DNA from: Minutocellus sp. GHC0000111
Lineage: Eukaryota
DNA: 64,000 bases
Direction of reading: 5' to 3'
Assembly: GCA_977018835.1 (NCBI GenBank)
Contig: OZ361257.1
Span: forward strand, 5,084,001-5,148,000
In this document: positions 10,451-22,801 of the stretch, one piece after another
Numbering within the stretch: the first letter of the stretch is position 1
Layout of the letters: every line of letters begins with the position of its first letter
Program-made: the position numbers and the translations under genes
Notes under the pieces: model-generated
What the model saw: the letters and a program-made list of their open reading frames with translations, nothing else
What the model was told of the DNA's origin: nothing
Databases searched by the model: none

Positions 10451-12138
10451 ATGAAGCGCCGACGGCATGCAGCGGCGGATCTGTATGGGCATGAGGACGT
10501 CCATGTCCAAGTAGCATATTCTTCCGATGAGAAGATCAGTGCATCGGCATTCACGTATATTCGCTTGAGGAGCCGCTGGGGACTGATCAGCTCAGTACCA
10601 GTACTCCTATTGTTGTCATCGCTTGGCGTCCTCGTCGTCGTCGTTACGAGTCTTCTTCGTTCGTCAACTCCATCATCACTTGTCGCCACGAATGTCTTGC
10701 GATCACAGCACGTGCAGTCTGATCGGGAAACTATCTTGCAAGTTTTGCAACTATTGTCCCGTCATGATGCCCCTCTTCCAAGAGCGTACATTCAAGGACT
10801 CGAGGCATCGGCATCGACACCAGCACATCTGGCTCAAATCAGAGGTTCAGATGACTACATAGAGTACAAGGCAAGCAGAGGCCTCGGCCATCGATTAACA
10901 AGAGCTGCTGCAGCATATCATTGTGAGTTTAGATCTGGCTGTTTGAATCATTCTTGTTACAAAAGTTCATCGTCTCACCAATGATTCTCTGTGTATGTAC
11001 TCCAGTGACTAAGCGTCTGGGTGTCGGCTTGCGGCAGGATTGGGGGGAATGTCCTGCATGGAATTCAAATAGCACGTCAGGGGTAGATCTGTGGAGTCAC
11101 CTGTTCGGCTCAGAAAGCAGAGCATCTCCGGATCGTGAGAAGGACCCATCTGCAAATGCAGGTCAGCATCTGACAATATCAAATGAAGTTCCTGGATACA
11201 AGCCATATGCAACTCGGCAACTACGGGAGTCAAGATTTGCAAGGTCACTATTGGAATCGGATATGGATTTCTATCGGACTTTGCGAAATCGATTTGTTGC
11301 AAACCACTTCAATCTCTTTCGTTCCTTTTTTACGAGTGGTGAAGAGGGAAGGAAATATATTGATCGATCCAAATTTATTGTCGTCGGTCTCCATGTTCGG
11401 GCTGGCAATGGTGAGGTGGGAGAGTTTGTGGAAAAGAAGCGAGAGATTGAAAATTTAAAGGAGTGGGTGCGGCAAATGGTTCTCCTCGTTGTCCGATATG
11501 TGAAGGAGGAGCTGCTGACAACCAGCCATGCGGAAAGATATGAAAATAAGCCGCTCATATTTGTTGCAACTGATACTCCGTCAATTATCAAGTCTACCCG
11601 ACAACTGTTTGCCGAGAACGACATTCAAGTGATATTCAACTCGCATAATTTCGATGGTACGATGGGACCATCGTATCTCATCAAGGATAGACGATGTCTC
11701 CAGGCGTGGGAGCTTCAAATGATCGACATGGTGCTGCTGAGCTTGTCAGATGTTATAGTTGCTGGACGATATAGCTCCTTCATACAGACGATGCCACTTT
11801 CCATGCTTTTCAGTGATAGGCGAACTAACAGAATCGTTGGCGATAAACCGTATTGTGAAGCAGAAGGAGATGCGAAAAGCATGTCATGCTTTGGAACCTA
11901 CCAGGGATGGGTGGGAAGAAGGAGGAAACAAAATCCGCAACGTGTTGTCTACCATGCAGAGGGGGAATTTGAGGGAGATCGTCAGAACTTATCAGTTGTT
12001 GATGGACATGAAGATGCGCTAGTTTATCCAATGACACCAAAAGATTGTTTGGAACGATCTTCAAAATATTATCTTGATAATCAAGGATGCCTCGCAGCGC
12101 ATTTGCTTTGTGAAAGCGACATTGCAAGTTGTAATTAG
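10451..12138 (+). CDS. Type II membrane fucosyltransferase-like protein (alpha-1,2/1,6/O-FucT superfamily); intron 10923-11005
   Basis: TM anchor, 'GLGHRL', 'GLHVRAGN', 'IFVATD', 'DMVLLSLSDVIVAGRYSSF'. A GT-AG intron joins the two ORFs in frame. Confidence 0.75.
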
Positions 12139-12171
12139 CGAAGTAAATTCAACATCAATATTATGATCACA

Positions 12172-14426
12172 CTACATGTGGGCTAGAACCCTTGATGCCT
12201 CAGCGATTGCCATCCGTGCTCTATCTTTTGCTGTTTTCATATCATCTGGCCGTATGCGATTCCGACTGGAGGTCGGACGTTTTGTACTGGTCATGCCCCT
12301 GTTCGAAAGGCTCGAAAGACCTCTTGTTGGTTTTGGCGTTTTTGATATATGTCGCAACTGATTCGGCGTTGAACCCAGGCAACTTTTCTGTCCCAAGATA
12401 TTAGGTTTTGGTGAATGCGCTTTCCTTGTAGCTGGACTGCGAGTAGTTGGTTCTGGGATGCTACTATGACGCCTTGAGAGCTCCCGTTGCAATGAGTAGT
12501 TTTCTCTTCGCTTTTTCGATGAAAACGAATCTGTTCGGTTGGTCCATCTAGGGCGAGATTCTGTTGAAGAAGTGTTTCGTTGCCGTATCCTTGTTTTATT
12601 GGAGACCTTTGTCTTTGTTCGAGCACTAAATGTAACGCAACTATCTCTTTTCTCGATATCTCTTCTCTCCATCTTGCACAGGAAGCAGTCCTCGATTTGG
12701 TGGCGCTCACAAGCCGTTGAGGTTTCTCTGTGGTCTGGCTGAGTCAGTGGCGACTTCATCACCGAGATATCGCGTTGGCCATTGTCACAGTCATCAAATG
12801 AGGAACAAAGTTCTTCGTGCTTTGCCTCTGCGAGGGACCACGGGCTTAGTGGTTCAATAAAGCTCGATGATGTTGCCAAATTGGGTGGATGGGTATCAAT
12901 GGACTCGGTCTTCTCTCGACAAGTCTGCAAGGGTTTAGCTGGTACCGATGCATCCTCTCGTTGCTCAGATGTCTCTTCTCCTCCCTGCATCGCTTCTTCT
13001 GTAACCGTGGACAAGGCATTCTCATCAAGGGCAGATTCAACGCTTGCTTGAAGCTTCCTCGAAAGGGAAAAGAAAGATTTGAGCTCATCGCCTACATCGT
13101 TGGGTTTGATTTTGCCAGCTTCCACCGCATCGACAACCTCGTGTATCGCTGTAGTTGCAATTTTGACCTTCTCTTCCCATCCATCTTCAATGCAGGTATC
13201 ATAATTATCTCTACTACAATCACCACTATCTCTGTCGGCCCTTGCTTCCACGGCCCGCCGAAGCCGTTGAATTTCCGCCTTTGCCTGTCTCAACAAGACG
13301 GCATCATCAACCTTCTCATCAATCTTCACCTTGGGCAATATTTTGCCGAGACTAAGGGCTCTACTCGCAAATGCAAGGGTACTGGCCGTCTCAAACCGGC
13401 AAGAGGGCGTGCTATGGACCGTAGCGATGATCATTGCTCTTGCACCCCCGCCCAAACAATCTTTCAGTATTCTGGTCAGAGCAGAAGATCGAAAAGGAAT
13501 GTGCTTGGATCTTTGAGCGAGGGCAGATACGCAATTTCCTAGAGCTGATAGCGATGTATTGATACTCGTAAGTTCCGTCGCAGAAAGCTTGCTGCGTTCG
13601 CGTCGGATCCCCATCGCTCACTCCCTGCGCAGTCGACCAAGTTTAGTAACGAGCGTCTCGTTATGGAGGTGCCGTTTTTAGCAACACTGCATGTTTCCAC
13701 GGATAGCCTAAATATCGCATGAGACCTACTGCTACGTTCATTGCACGATGTTTCACGGACCGTACGTCGGCGACCACCCTGATACAACAGCTTGATCGCC
13801 TGCACGGCGGTACTGACCTCAACGGACGAAAGACCGTGGATAGTAACACCACCAAGAGCGGCGCTATCTTCTCGTATGGAAAGGCACGTTTTGTTCCGAG
13901 CCAACAGATCAAATACTCTGTCGTTGTAAATCTGGATAAACGAACATCGAACAGTAAACGACACAATGGAACTTTCATCACATTCCAATTTCGCAAAGAG
14001 TTCAAAGATTGACCGCGGGATGACACCCCAAGAATCTCGATTAGAGTAAACATCGGCACAAACTTGTTTCCAGGGCAGCTTGGTCCGGAAAACATCGTCA
14101 AAACCTTTTCCGATGAGTGAATAAGACTTGCCAGACGAGGTCTGGCCGTAGGCAAAGGCAGTGCAGCTCACACCATCAAGGACTCCTTCGATAATGTCAT
14201 CAAAATGGGACATGAGATCGGCCTGAGTTGCCCTTCCATCTAACACAGCATCGAATTTGAAGCCCTGCCACGACGACGCATCTTTCGAGCGAAGGCAAAG
14301 CAATGGAACATTGCTCTTGGCGTCTGGGTCAATTTGAGTTTTGAGGATGGTGGTATCTAGGTTCTCTGCTCCATCTCTCGGCCGGACTCTGACGAGGACT
14401 CGAATGGGCGGCGCAGGTTGAGTCAT
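12172..14426 (-). pseudogene. Kinesin with N-terminal motor domain, one frameshift near 13590
   Basis: 'IRVLVRVRP', P-loop 'AYGQTSSGKS', 'NERSSRSH', 'LVDCAGSER', continuing in another frame as 'INTSLSALGNC', 'HIPFRSSALTRIL', 'ETASTLAFASRA'. Confidence 0.85.
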
Positions 14427-14691
14427 GTCATCAATTAGAATCTATGCCCCGCTATAAGAGAAAGGGCAAATAGAGGATGCATGCCTTTCCGTTTTCCTGC
14501 TATGGTCTTTAGCAGTTGCACCTCCCTCCCATTTCCCTGTGTGCCTTGAAATGATGCGCTGTGGAGACGTGACGCTCAAATTCATCATTATTCGCTCTCC
14601 TCAAATTAATACCACGCGGAACGACATCCACACCACACATCTACACACAAGATCTGACATTTCCCGCCCTTTACGTAGTTTTTGACATGGT

Positions 14692-15507
14692 TTAGTAGCT
14701 TGCATAGTTGTACGGCACGGGTGGCCATCGGGGTGGGTCATACCCCTTGCCACCGAGCGGGCTGCAACGCATCAACCTCCAGGCCGTCAGCAGTGCACCT
14801 TTGGCTGGTCCAAACTCTTGAATGGCCTGCACACCGTACTGACTGCACGTTGGTACGAAGCGACATGCCGGGGGCAGTATGGGCGATATCCAACCCTTGT
14901 AGAAGCCGATTGCGCCGGTCATCCCGGCCGTCATTCGTCCTTCTTTCGAGCGGGCCATGTATTCTGGATCGACGCCGCGTTGCTCGGGGGTCTCGTAGTT
15001 GTCATCCGATAGCAAATCTTCAAGTGCATCGGACTTTGGTGACGCAGCGGAGTCGCCAGCGTTGGAAGTGATGTCTTTGGCGGCTTCTTGCTTGTCGCTG
15101 TTCGATGACGCACGAGAATCAGAGGCAGCATTGTCTGACGACTCGAATGCAAACGACATGCGAGATTTCGCCAGCATCGCTGCAAAGTCAGCCCGTGATA
15201 GGAATTGCCGAATGGCAATCAAACTCAGAGCTGATTTTGATATTGGGCTGCGACCTGCTGGGATCTTCTTGACTCCGGCAATACCAGCAGACGCCTGCGC
15301 AGATGGAGGCGGGCCATGGCGGCTGTGCTGGGGAGTGCCGGTCCGTGCGGCTGCCTTCGTGCTGGAAATGCTGCCACTGACGCCAGCTCCCGATAAGGCA
15401 AGCGATCCGAGGCAAGAGCCGCAGGCACTTACTCGCGCTGGTATCCAAAGGAGGAGGTACAGGGCGCCGAGGACGCGAGCGTGGTTGGTTGGGAATCGCC
15501 TGGTCAT
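14692..15507 (-). CDS. yidD: YidD-family membrane protein insertion efficiency factor, probably organelle-targeted
   Basis: C-terminal 'YKGWISP…ACRFVPTCSQYGVQAI…G…KG…AWRLMRCSP…GYDP'; N-terminal signal peptide. Confidence 0.85.
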   Translation of the reverse strand: MTRRFPTNHARVLGALYLLLWIPARVSACGSCLGSLALSGAGVSGSISSTKAAARTGTPQHSRHGPPPSAQASAGIAGVKKIPAGRSPISKSALSLIAIRQFLSRADFAAMLAKSRMSFAFESSDNAASDSRASSNSDKQEAAKDITSNAGDSAASPKSDALEDLLSDDNYETPEQRGVDPEYMARSKEGRMTAGMTGAIGFYKGWISPILPPACRFVPTCSQYGVQAIQEFGPAKGALLTAWRLMRCSPLGGKGYDPPRWPPVPYNYASY

Positions 15508-15814
15508 GGTCGTTGTCTGGGTCGGTGTGGAAGTCAGCCAAGCCGTGGCGTCAGCGTGGATTCATTCGTATAAGTAAGGCGTCCGTCATGCTTTTCAAGA
15601 AGGAAGCCAGAAAGCAAGTAAGCCTACGCGTGTACGTCATTTTTTCCTCTTCTCCCTTTCTTGTTTTCACAAAAATAAAAGCGCGAAAAGACCGTCTGCT
15701 GATTGACTGCAGGTCAGGCGGCGAGCATCGCGCGGCTTGTCACTTCGCAGATACGATTGCCCCTGATACGATCGATAATATGCTCATGCGCCTTGTTTCC
15801 AGACGCCTCCACTT

Positions 15815-17230
15815 TTGCCAGCTCCATCACAAATTATTTATTCATCGAAAAATGCAAACAGCACAGTTACAACATATGACAACTGCAAGTTTCACCACTC
15901 ATGCCGACAGGGCCAATCTTGTGTCACCAGTTCTGACGACTGGGCATCGATCGACATCGACGGCACGAGCCTGCTAGCAATCAAACCAAGTCCGGGAGAT
16001 ATTGCCATTGCCAAGATGGGCCAGCCGATCCACACGACCTGCTGCCCCAGTGGCACGGTGGAATTCATCGCGGGCAGCAACATCGGTAACAATGAAAAAC
16101 ACGACAAGTCCGTGTCATCTTCAACTCCATCTCCGGGATCGGCAGCATACGAAGGATGCTGCGACGCCGTAACTGCCACGCTCCAGGCCATGACCACCCG
16201 CATGTCGACGCATGCTCCAAAGTTTCTGCTGCTAATCGGCAGCCTCCGCGCCGACTCCTGTAGCCGTCGCGTGGCCATCGAGGCTGGACGGATATTGGCA
16301 AGTTATGGAGCCGAGGTCAAGCTGTTCGATCCGACGGACCTGCCTCTCTTTTCGCAAGATGTCGATCCAAAGACCAACGCCAAGGTGGCGGAATTGCGTG
16401 CCCTAACGCGTTGGTGCGAGGGCATGGTGTGGTTATCGCCGGAGGTCCATGGCAATTTCAGTGCCGTCTTTAAGAACCAGATCGATTGGATGCCTCTTAC
16501 CGAGGGTGCCCTGCGCCCTACTCAGGGCAAAACTGTAGCGGTGATGCAGGTGGAGGCCGGTTCGCAGAGCTTCAACACTGTCAACAACTTACGTGTGCTA
16601 GGCCGCTGGATGCGAATGGTGGTGATTCCCAACCAATCCAGCATCCCTAAGGCATACACCGAATTTAACGAAGACGACACCCTAAAGGAGGGGCCTCTGC
16701 GCTCTCGAGTCGTAGACGTTGTTGACGAGCTGTTCCGATACACATTGCTTCTGCGTGATCAACAGCCCCTGTTGCTTCAGAGATACAGTGAACGGGTTGC
16801 CATCGCTGCCAAAAAGAATATCGAAGCCACGTCCAAGGTGGCAGACGCATCGCTTCTCAAGGCGCTGAAAGATCCAATCATCATCGACGTCCGTTCCGAG
16901 AAGGAAATTGCCGATGCGAAAGGCGGAGAGATGATTCCAGGATCAGTTCGTGGTCCTCTGAATGTAGATGGAAATCCTCAGAGTGTCCATCAGACAACTG
17001 CACAAGAGTTTTACAATAAGATCGTTGATGCAGGCATTGATATGGGTTCACTACCTAACCAGAAGGATACAGCCTTCATCGTTCATTGCACAAAAGGCAA
17101 CACAAATTATACGGGAAGATGCAACCGTGGCGCGGCGCTGCTGAGGGATTTGGGGTATCACAACGCTCACAACGGCGGCAGTGCCGATGAAATCAGGACC
17201 GCTCTTGACTGGATCAAGGCACATCACTAA
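15815..17230 (+). CDS. arsH: ArsH (NADPH-dependent FMN reductase / organoarsenical oxidase) fused to a C-terminal rhodanese-like domain; start uncertain
   Basis: 'LLIGSLR…SR', 'WLSPEVHG', 'FKNQIDW', 'RPTQGKT…MQV…[19 protein letters not shown]…PNQSSIPKA…RYSER' (~16211-16797), then 'IIDVRS…IPGS…VHC…GR…A…L…GY' (~16871-17200). The true start may be ATG 15780 with a frameshift. Confidence 0.9.
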   Translation: MPAPSQIIYSSKNANSTVTTYDNCKFHHSCRQGQSCVTSSDDWASIDIDGTSLLAIKPSPGDIAIAKMGQPIHTTCCPSGTVEFIAGSNIGNNEKHDKSVSSSTPSPGSAAYEGCCDAVTATLQAMTTRMSTHAPKFLLLIGSLRADSCSRRVAIEAGRILASYGAEVKLFDPTDLPLFSQDVDPKTNAKVAELRALTRWCEGMVWLSPEVHGNFSAVFKNQIDWMPLTEGALRPTQGKTVAVMQVEAGSQSFNTVNNLRVLGRWMRMVVIPNQSSIPKAYTEFNEDDTLKEGPLRSRVVDVVDELFRYTLLLRDQQPLLLQRYSERVAIAAKKNIEATSKVADASLLKALKDPIIIDVRSEKEIADAKGGEMIPGSVRGPLNVDGNPQSVHQTTAQEFYNKIVDAGIDMGSLPNQKDTAFIVHCTKGNTNYTGRCNRGAALLRDLGYHNAHNGGSADEIRTALDWIKAHH

Positions 17231-17400
17231 CAAAAGGGTGGCGGAGACATTTTTAGAACGTCTCACATACTGATGCCGCAAAATTGACCTGGTCAGGTTT
17301 AAATAATCTAAGCGAGCATACAAAGAAATGATACACTAACTACGTCGTAATTTTGTGTACATGTACACCTTTCCCCTTTCTCTTCATTTCCTTTCCTCCG

Positions 17401-18387
17401 TCAAACACCAAAAAGCCACGCCATCAACCCAACAAATGGCATGTTATAGATTGCAGGCATGGTTTCGTCACCATCGTCGTTGTGTTGGTTATATACGCGT
17501 CTGAGAAGAAACAATTGACTTGCCGAAAACAGTACCAGATCCACCAGAAATGCGAGGTATGTCCGATCATCTCTCGCTAGCTGTACAAAATCTCCCCAAT
17601 CAGAGGCCGTAGAGGCAGTCAGACAGTCATACCCGGCATATGTTACAACGGCAGTTGCAATCCCTCCAACAGCGACAGACAATAGAGCATTCCGTCCTCC
17701 CTTTGTGCTGGAAGCATTATCATCATCATCGACATCACCATCACCCCCAAGCGCAAATGCCTCACGGAGGAAAAGATACGGGGCCAAGAAGGCATTCGTC
17801 AGTCCCAATCCACCCGTCCAGGCAAGCAATACCGCCGGCAGGGGCAACCGCTTCGCATCTGCCAACAATGCCGGTAGGAATGCGAATATCCACGCCTCTG
17901 CAAAGTTGAACACGACCAACCGCACAGGTGGGACATTTACGTCCTTTCCCTCCAATATGTCCTTGATGTAGAAGAAGTGGGCCGAATCTTCCAGTGCAGG
18001 TGCCAGATCGGCATCAGATGGTGGCCATCCCGGTACTAGTGGGATAAAGTCAGGCACTGGCAGTCCGGCCGATGCCACAGCTGCACCAAAGACGAGGAGA
18101 TACCAGTACGCGGAGGCGATTGTCGCAAAAGACGCTGCAGCAACGGGCGATGCAGCGTTTTTTTCTGAGGTACTCGATTCATCATTTGTTGATAAAGAGA
18201 GTGCTGTAACTGCGTCTTTCCTAATTTGATTCAACTGCAGCCTTGATTGATTCGGCAGTTGTTGTGAAATTTGTGCTTGTTTTGCAAGGCTACCTCGTGC
18301 TGGCAATAACGAGTTCCCGGCGAATGGCTGAAAGGCCGATGCCTTGGCGGCCAAAATTAGCGGAAATAATGCAGAATATCCCCGCAT
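17401..18387 (-). CDS. Plastid-targeted multi-pass membrane protein of unknown function
   Basis: Signal peptide plus ASAFQP motif; several hydrophobic segments; intact 328-aa ORF. Confidence 0.7.
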   Translation of the reverse strand: MRGYSALFPLILAAKASAFQPFAGNSLLPARGSLAKQAQISQQLPNQSRLQLNQIRKDAVTALSLSTNDESSTSEKNAASPVAAASFATIASAYWYLLVFGAAVASAGLPVPDFIPLVPGWPPSDADLAPALEDSAHFFYIKDILEGKDVNVPPVRLVVFNFAEAWIFAFLPALLADAKRLPLPAVLLAWTGGLGLTNAFLAPYLFLREAFALGGDGDVDDDDNASSTKGGRNALLSVAVGGIATAVVTYAGYDCLTASTASDWGDFVQLARDDRTYLAFLVDLVLFSASQLFLLRRVYNQHNDDGDETMPAIYNMPFVGLMAWLFGV

Positions 18388-18635
18388 GATACGATGATAC
18401 CTTTATCGACGTCCCCTTCTCTTGTCAATAGCTTGATAGACGCCTTGTACATACTAGTACATGTACGCCGAGCTCTTGAAAAATGACGAGCATGCGTCAG
18501 GCTCCCCATTTATCAGGGGGGATTGGATTAATCCCCGATACAAAAATGGGATGGTTTCATTTTGCATGTTCATTCGCACAACGAAGGGAAAGGGGCAAGC
18601 TGTTGGTGTTGGCGTGGGACTGTTTGATTGCAAAA

Positions 18636-18908
18636 ATGGAAGGATACCGACGACCACGCCCTGGATCAGCGGTCCCTGGGCCTGCTTCATCGGCAGTATC
18701 CTCTGCGACGCCGTCTTTGTCCACCTCGCGGGAATCAATGGACATTATCTGCCAGCTTTCCGACCTGCTCCAGACAGGCCTCAGTCGAGATGCCCTCGTG
18801 GCGTTGGTCGACCTGCTGGAGAGCGGTGTCAGTCCCGAGGCCGTAGCGGCGGCGATTCTGGAGATACGGAGGGAGGTTGCTGGTGGTGGTGTTGGGGGGC
18901 GTGCTTGA
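18636..18908 (+). CDS. MZT1: MOZART1 (mitotic spindle organizing protein 1)
   Basis: 'SMDIICQLSDLLQTGLSRDALVALVDLLESGVSPEAVAAAILEIRRE' matches the MZT1 pattern (LL.TGL…L…V.L…GV.PEALA.VI.E.RR). Confidence 0.85.
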   Translation: MEGYRRPRPGSAVPGPASSAVSSATPSLSTSRESMDIICQLSDLLQTGLSRDALVALVDLLESGVSPEAVAAAILEIRREVAGGGVGGRA

Positions 18909-19240
18909 CTTGGGGGGCTGGGTGCCGTCTTCAGAGAGCTGCATAGCTTGGTTGCCGCGTCGATCGGAGTGTGTTGGGTATTACATGTAGTCCTCCGCTG
19001 CTACGATAAAGAACAACAACAAACGACGCAAAGAGTAACACACACAGATGGGCATATCTAAATAAGTAAATTGGATTGACCAGCCATCTAGTAGTTCCAT
19101 GATGTAAAACTCTGTAGTTGTTAAACATCAAATCAATGTCCCCCTTGTTATTAGATTATTTTGTTTACGATTCCCAAGACAAGAAAGAAGCACCAACGAG
19201 ACGACCGACTATAATAATGAACATGGCTCCTTCAATCATC

Positions 19241-20345
19241 TTAATGTTCATCAAAGTTGAACTCATCGCCCGAGTCCGATGAATTGTCCGAGTCCGATGA
19301 TTCATCTGAGCCCGATGAACCGCCATCGCTTAAATCCACATTCTGATACGGCCGTTCCTCGAGAAATTTCCTCAGCGAAACCGCCAATTTTCGCAGCAAA
19401 CATACCTGCTCGCTCGTAACAAGGCCCACGAAGCTGACAATGTGCTGCCTGATTCCAGGGTGCCCAGACAAACACTGAAGAATGCAGCTCTTTTCGCTTG
19501 GCAAAGAATTTTTCCAGATTGCCATTTGCTTGTCTTCTGGAAGGTGGGCCATTATCATTTTCGCCGAGTCCATAGAACGAGTGCCCTCTGCTAGCATTTT
19601 CAAAAGATGTTCGGGGGCAAATGGTGGTGCTTCGTACTGACTCGACTCGTTCCCATGAGAAAGATATTGAAGCTGTTATATGTTTTGACCGTGTCTTCGG
19701 CCCACTGGAGCAGATAGGGTCTCTCGTCAACGATGATGTCATGAGCAGTAACATAGTTATAGCCGGGTTCTGGTGGAGAATCTTTCTGATTCTCTCGTCA
19801 ATTGAACGTTGATCCCCACTCAACGCTCCATTGAGAATAAGAAAGCGGCAAATGTCTTTGTATTCTTGGTGGAGTATCACTCTTTCTCGCCTAACTTGAG
19901 AACTCTCGCCACGACTAGCCAAGTATAGGGGGCAGTGAAGTAGGTCATTCTCCTTTCCGATATCAACAAGGCCTCCATTTTCGCATAGTAACTGACAAAT
20001 TTTAAGACTACCTCCCATGCATGCTGCCATCATTGGAGAAAGGACGGCATCGCCGGTCTTGTACCAGGTTTCAGTTGTAGGTGCACCCTTCGTGAGAAGA
20101 TACCGGCACATTTTGATGTCGCCCTTGAGGCAATAATAGGTCATCGGCAAATGCGCAAAAATGCCCAATGCTGATACGTTGTTCAAATCATCAGGATCAA
20201 ACCCGGCCTCTTGAAGCATTTTGCGAGCGGTCTCTTCGTCATACATCGGACCTCCGACGTCGAATTCGGCCTCTCCGCCGAGCTTTGACTTTTTGCTCGG
20301 CGGCTCTTCATCGCTACCGCGTTTTTCTACCCCAGCGGCGCTCAT
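19241..20345 (-). pseudogene. Ankyrin-repeat protein with two frameshifts
   Basis: Ankyrin-like 'PMTYYCLKGDIKMCRYLLTKGA', 'SPMMAACMGGSLKICQLLCENGG'. Frameshift at ~19780 and a 5-bp tandem duplication at 19639-19649. Confidence 0.7.
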
Positions 20346-20848
20346 ATTTCATCAGCAATTTCGGTCCAAGAAAACATTTGTAACTAAAGAAACTTCGTGC
20401 CGTGGTGCGGTCCGCGTTACTACTGCTTTGCACTCCTGCGACCGTTGTACCGGTATGTTCCCTCTTGCCCCTCGCGGCAAGCCATCCATCACTTCCTCGC
20501 AATCGCGTATTTGCCAAAATCTTTCCCTTTTGCATCATAAAGAATTCTGTTACGCGATCAGCTTTCTTAATAAGCACAGTTGGAAAGTTTTGTCGGCTTT
20601 GCTCACGTCATTTCGAATCTTTCAGCCTCACACACGCCAAAAAGGCCTCATCATTCGTCCACCATGATGAGGTGGCTGTGCGAAGAGGCAAGATCAAAGC
20701 ACAAAAGAGCAAAAGAGATCAAAAATACGCCGAAGTCCACAAAATAGCCCATTCTTGAGTAGTCGTTTCACTTTTCAGTAAACGCAAACGTCAAAAAGGG
20801 CACCAACAGCCACTTAGAGTTGCTGGCTGAAGTTCCATCATTTCCATC

Positions 20849-22801
20849 ATGTCCCGTCGACAGGTACGAAACTCTCGTCGGCCCTTGGCCAGCTCGGTCA
20901 TTGACCCAATCGCCATGGATGGTACTACTACAATGCCCCCAGGTGTTGACTTTGGCGATGAACGTGCCGCTGGCAATTCATCGTCTCCCATACCCGGCAA
21001 TACTGCCCCCATCACCACAAGGGCACAACATCAGCACCACCCCGCAATGCAATCGCACCATTCCGAGCACATGTTTACCGCCACCGGCCAGATCATGACG
21101 GCGGCGCAGCGATCGGAATATTGCCACCGTCGCGGGCTGTGTGAGGGATGCGGAGTCCGAACGCATGACATTCACGGGCTGGGACTTGTCGTCAGTCGAC
21201 CCGTAACAAATGAAGGGGTGTACAATGGCATATGCAAGCGATGCCATCCACGAAAAGTGCGGACTGCCATGGAGCGCGATGGTGTAGAGTTGGAGGCCGA
21301 CGACACCCATGTGCTTGTGCTGGCAGCAGCGACTAGCTCCTTATCGGCGGCTGCTATCGCCGAAGAGGCTGCAACGACTCAGAGCAATGGCTTGGCAGAT
21401 GAATCGCTCAATATCGATTATGTTCATAGACGCAGCACAGCGGCTGGCGGGGGCGATGGGAGCAGCGGTATTCAGCACGACAGCGGCTCGTCCGGTGCTG
21501 TCGATGCCCAAACCAGCAGCAGTGCCGAGCACCAAAGTAGAAAGAAAAGTACCCGGGTTTCGTTCTTTTCGAGCGCAACAAGCTCCGGTGGAAGGCTTCG
21601 TGCTTCGTTTCTCTCGAACAATAGTTCGACAGGTGACGGGGTCGATGCTGGTGGTGACTGCAATGCCGATGCGAACGATATTCATTCTGATTCTCAGGAC
21701 CAGTATACAAGAAGTGAGTCTCTGCAAAATTCCAAGTCGGGTGGTGGAAGTAGACGAAAATTTGCCAAGAAGCTATGGAAAAAGGCAAAGCACATATCTA
21801 TGATGGCGATTCCGGCCGGGACATCTTCCAAGTCTCTAGCGACCGATTCTTCCAAATCGTTGGCGTTGGAGGAGGTCTTGGACGATGCCAGTATAAACGA
21901 TTCAGGTCCAAACGAATCAGGCATAGTCGACGAAGAAGAACATGCCGTTAGGGAGGCAGATGCATCTGAGAAAATTGTTGACCCATCATCGGTGGAGGCT
22001 GGGGCAATCAAGCAGGTACTCCCTCAAATCTCAACCGAGAAGGAGGCGTTACAAGCTTTACTTGATCACGCCGACGATGCAACCATTGTACTTCATGCGA
22101 TGCATGAACTGGCAAGGTTTGTCGATGAAAGCAAGAGATTCAACACAAATGAAAAAGACGATTTCGACTTAGAAACAAATCAAGAGACTGAAGGTCGAGC
22201 CAGCAGTGAGATTGTACTAGGGTCTGACTCTAAAGACGAGGATATCTCAAATGCGAAAGAAGCAGAATATTCCGCCTCCGATGAGATGGACCTCCTAGAA
22301 ATGGTGTCTCTAGTTTTGCAGAGACATATTGACCATCAAGGCATAATAGGGATCGCTGCCGAAGTTTATGAAGCCGAAACAAAGAAATATACAAACGACG
22401 GTGACAAATGTGAGGAAAGCTCAAGCGCGTTTTGGCAATCGACCCACTACAAGACTACCACTGAGATACTTTTGGATGCTGGCTCGGTCGCAGTGGTACA
22501 ATCGACAATGACATCCGCCGCAAGTGTGCTAGAATATTTGTATTCCAGCATTGACTCAAACAAGGATATCATGAACAATTTTGTGAAATTTCTTGGATCA
22601 GTGAACATGTGGAAATCTTGCACCAAGCTGCTGTGGAGTGAAAGTGCACCAATACGAGTAAAAGTGTTTTCTTTCAGCCTTCTTCTCACATTGGACAATG
22701 AAGACAATTCGATCGATGCGAATCTTGAACTTCTTGTAATAGCTTCAAATCTTTTGAGAACATGCATGTATGGTTCAGTGCTTGGATGGCTTTTGGAATG
22801 A
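20849..22801 (+). CDS. Hypothetical protein with an N-terminal CxxC…CxxC motif and a helical C-terminal region, possibly truncated
   Basis: 650-aa ORF; 'CEGCGVRTH…VYNGICKRCHP'. The 3' end overlaps the next ORF. Confidence 0.55.
   Translation: MSRRQVRNSRRPLASSVIDPIAMDGTTTMPPGVDFGDERAAGNSSSPIPGNTAPITTRAQHQHHPAMQSHHSEHMFTATGQIMTAAQRSEYCHRRGLCEGCGVRTHDIHGLGLVVSRPVTNEGVYNGICKRCHPRKVRTAMERDGVELEADDTHVLVLAAATSSLSAAAIAEEAATTQSNGLADESLNIDYVHRRSTAAGGGDGSSGIQHDSGSSGAVDAQTSSSAEHQSRKKSTRVSFFSSATSSGGRLRASFLSNNSSTGDGVDAGGDCNADANDIHSDSQDQYTRSESLQNSKSGGGSRRKFAKKLWKKAKHISMMAIPAGTSSKSLATDSSKSLALEEVLDDASINDSGPNESGIVDEEEHAVREADASEKIVDPSSVEAGAIKQVLPQISTEKEALQALLDHADDATIVLHAMHELARFVDESKRFNTNEKDDFDLETNQETEGRASSEIVLGSDSKDEDISNAKEAEYSASDEMDLLEMVSLVLQRHIDHQGIIGIAAEVYEAETKKYTNDGDKCEESSSAFWQSTHYKTTTEILLDAGSVAVVQSTMTSAASVLEYLYSSIDSNKDIMNNFVKFLGSVNMWKSCTKLLWSESAPIRVKVFSFSLLLTLDNEDNSIDANLELLVIASNLLRTCMYGSVLGWLLE

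Noticed and set aside
18511..18540. Imperfect hairpin TATC…GGGGATT / AATCCCCGATA in a divergent promoter
   Set aside because: Short, single occurrence; no partner TIR or target duplication.
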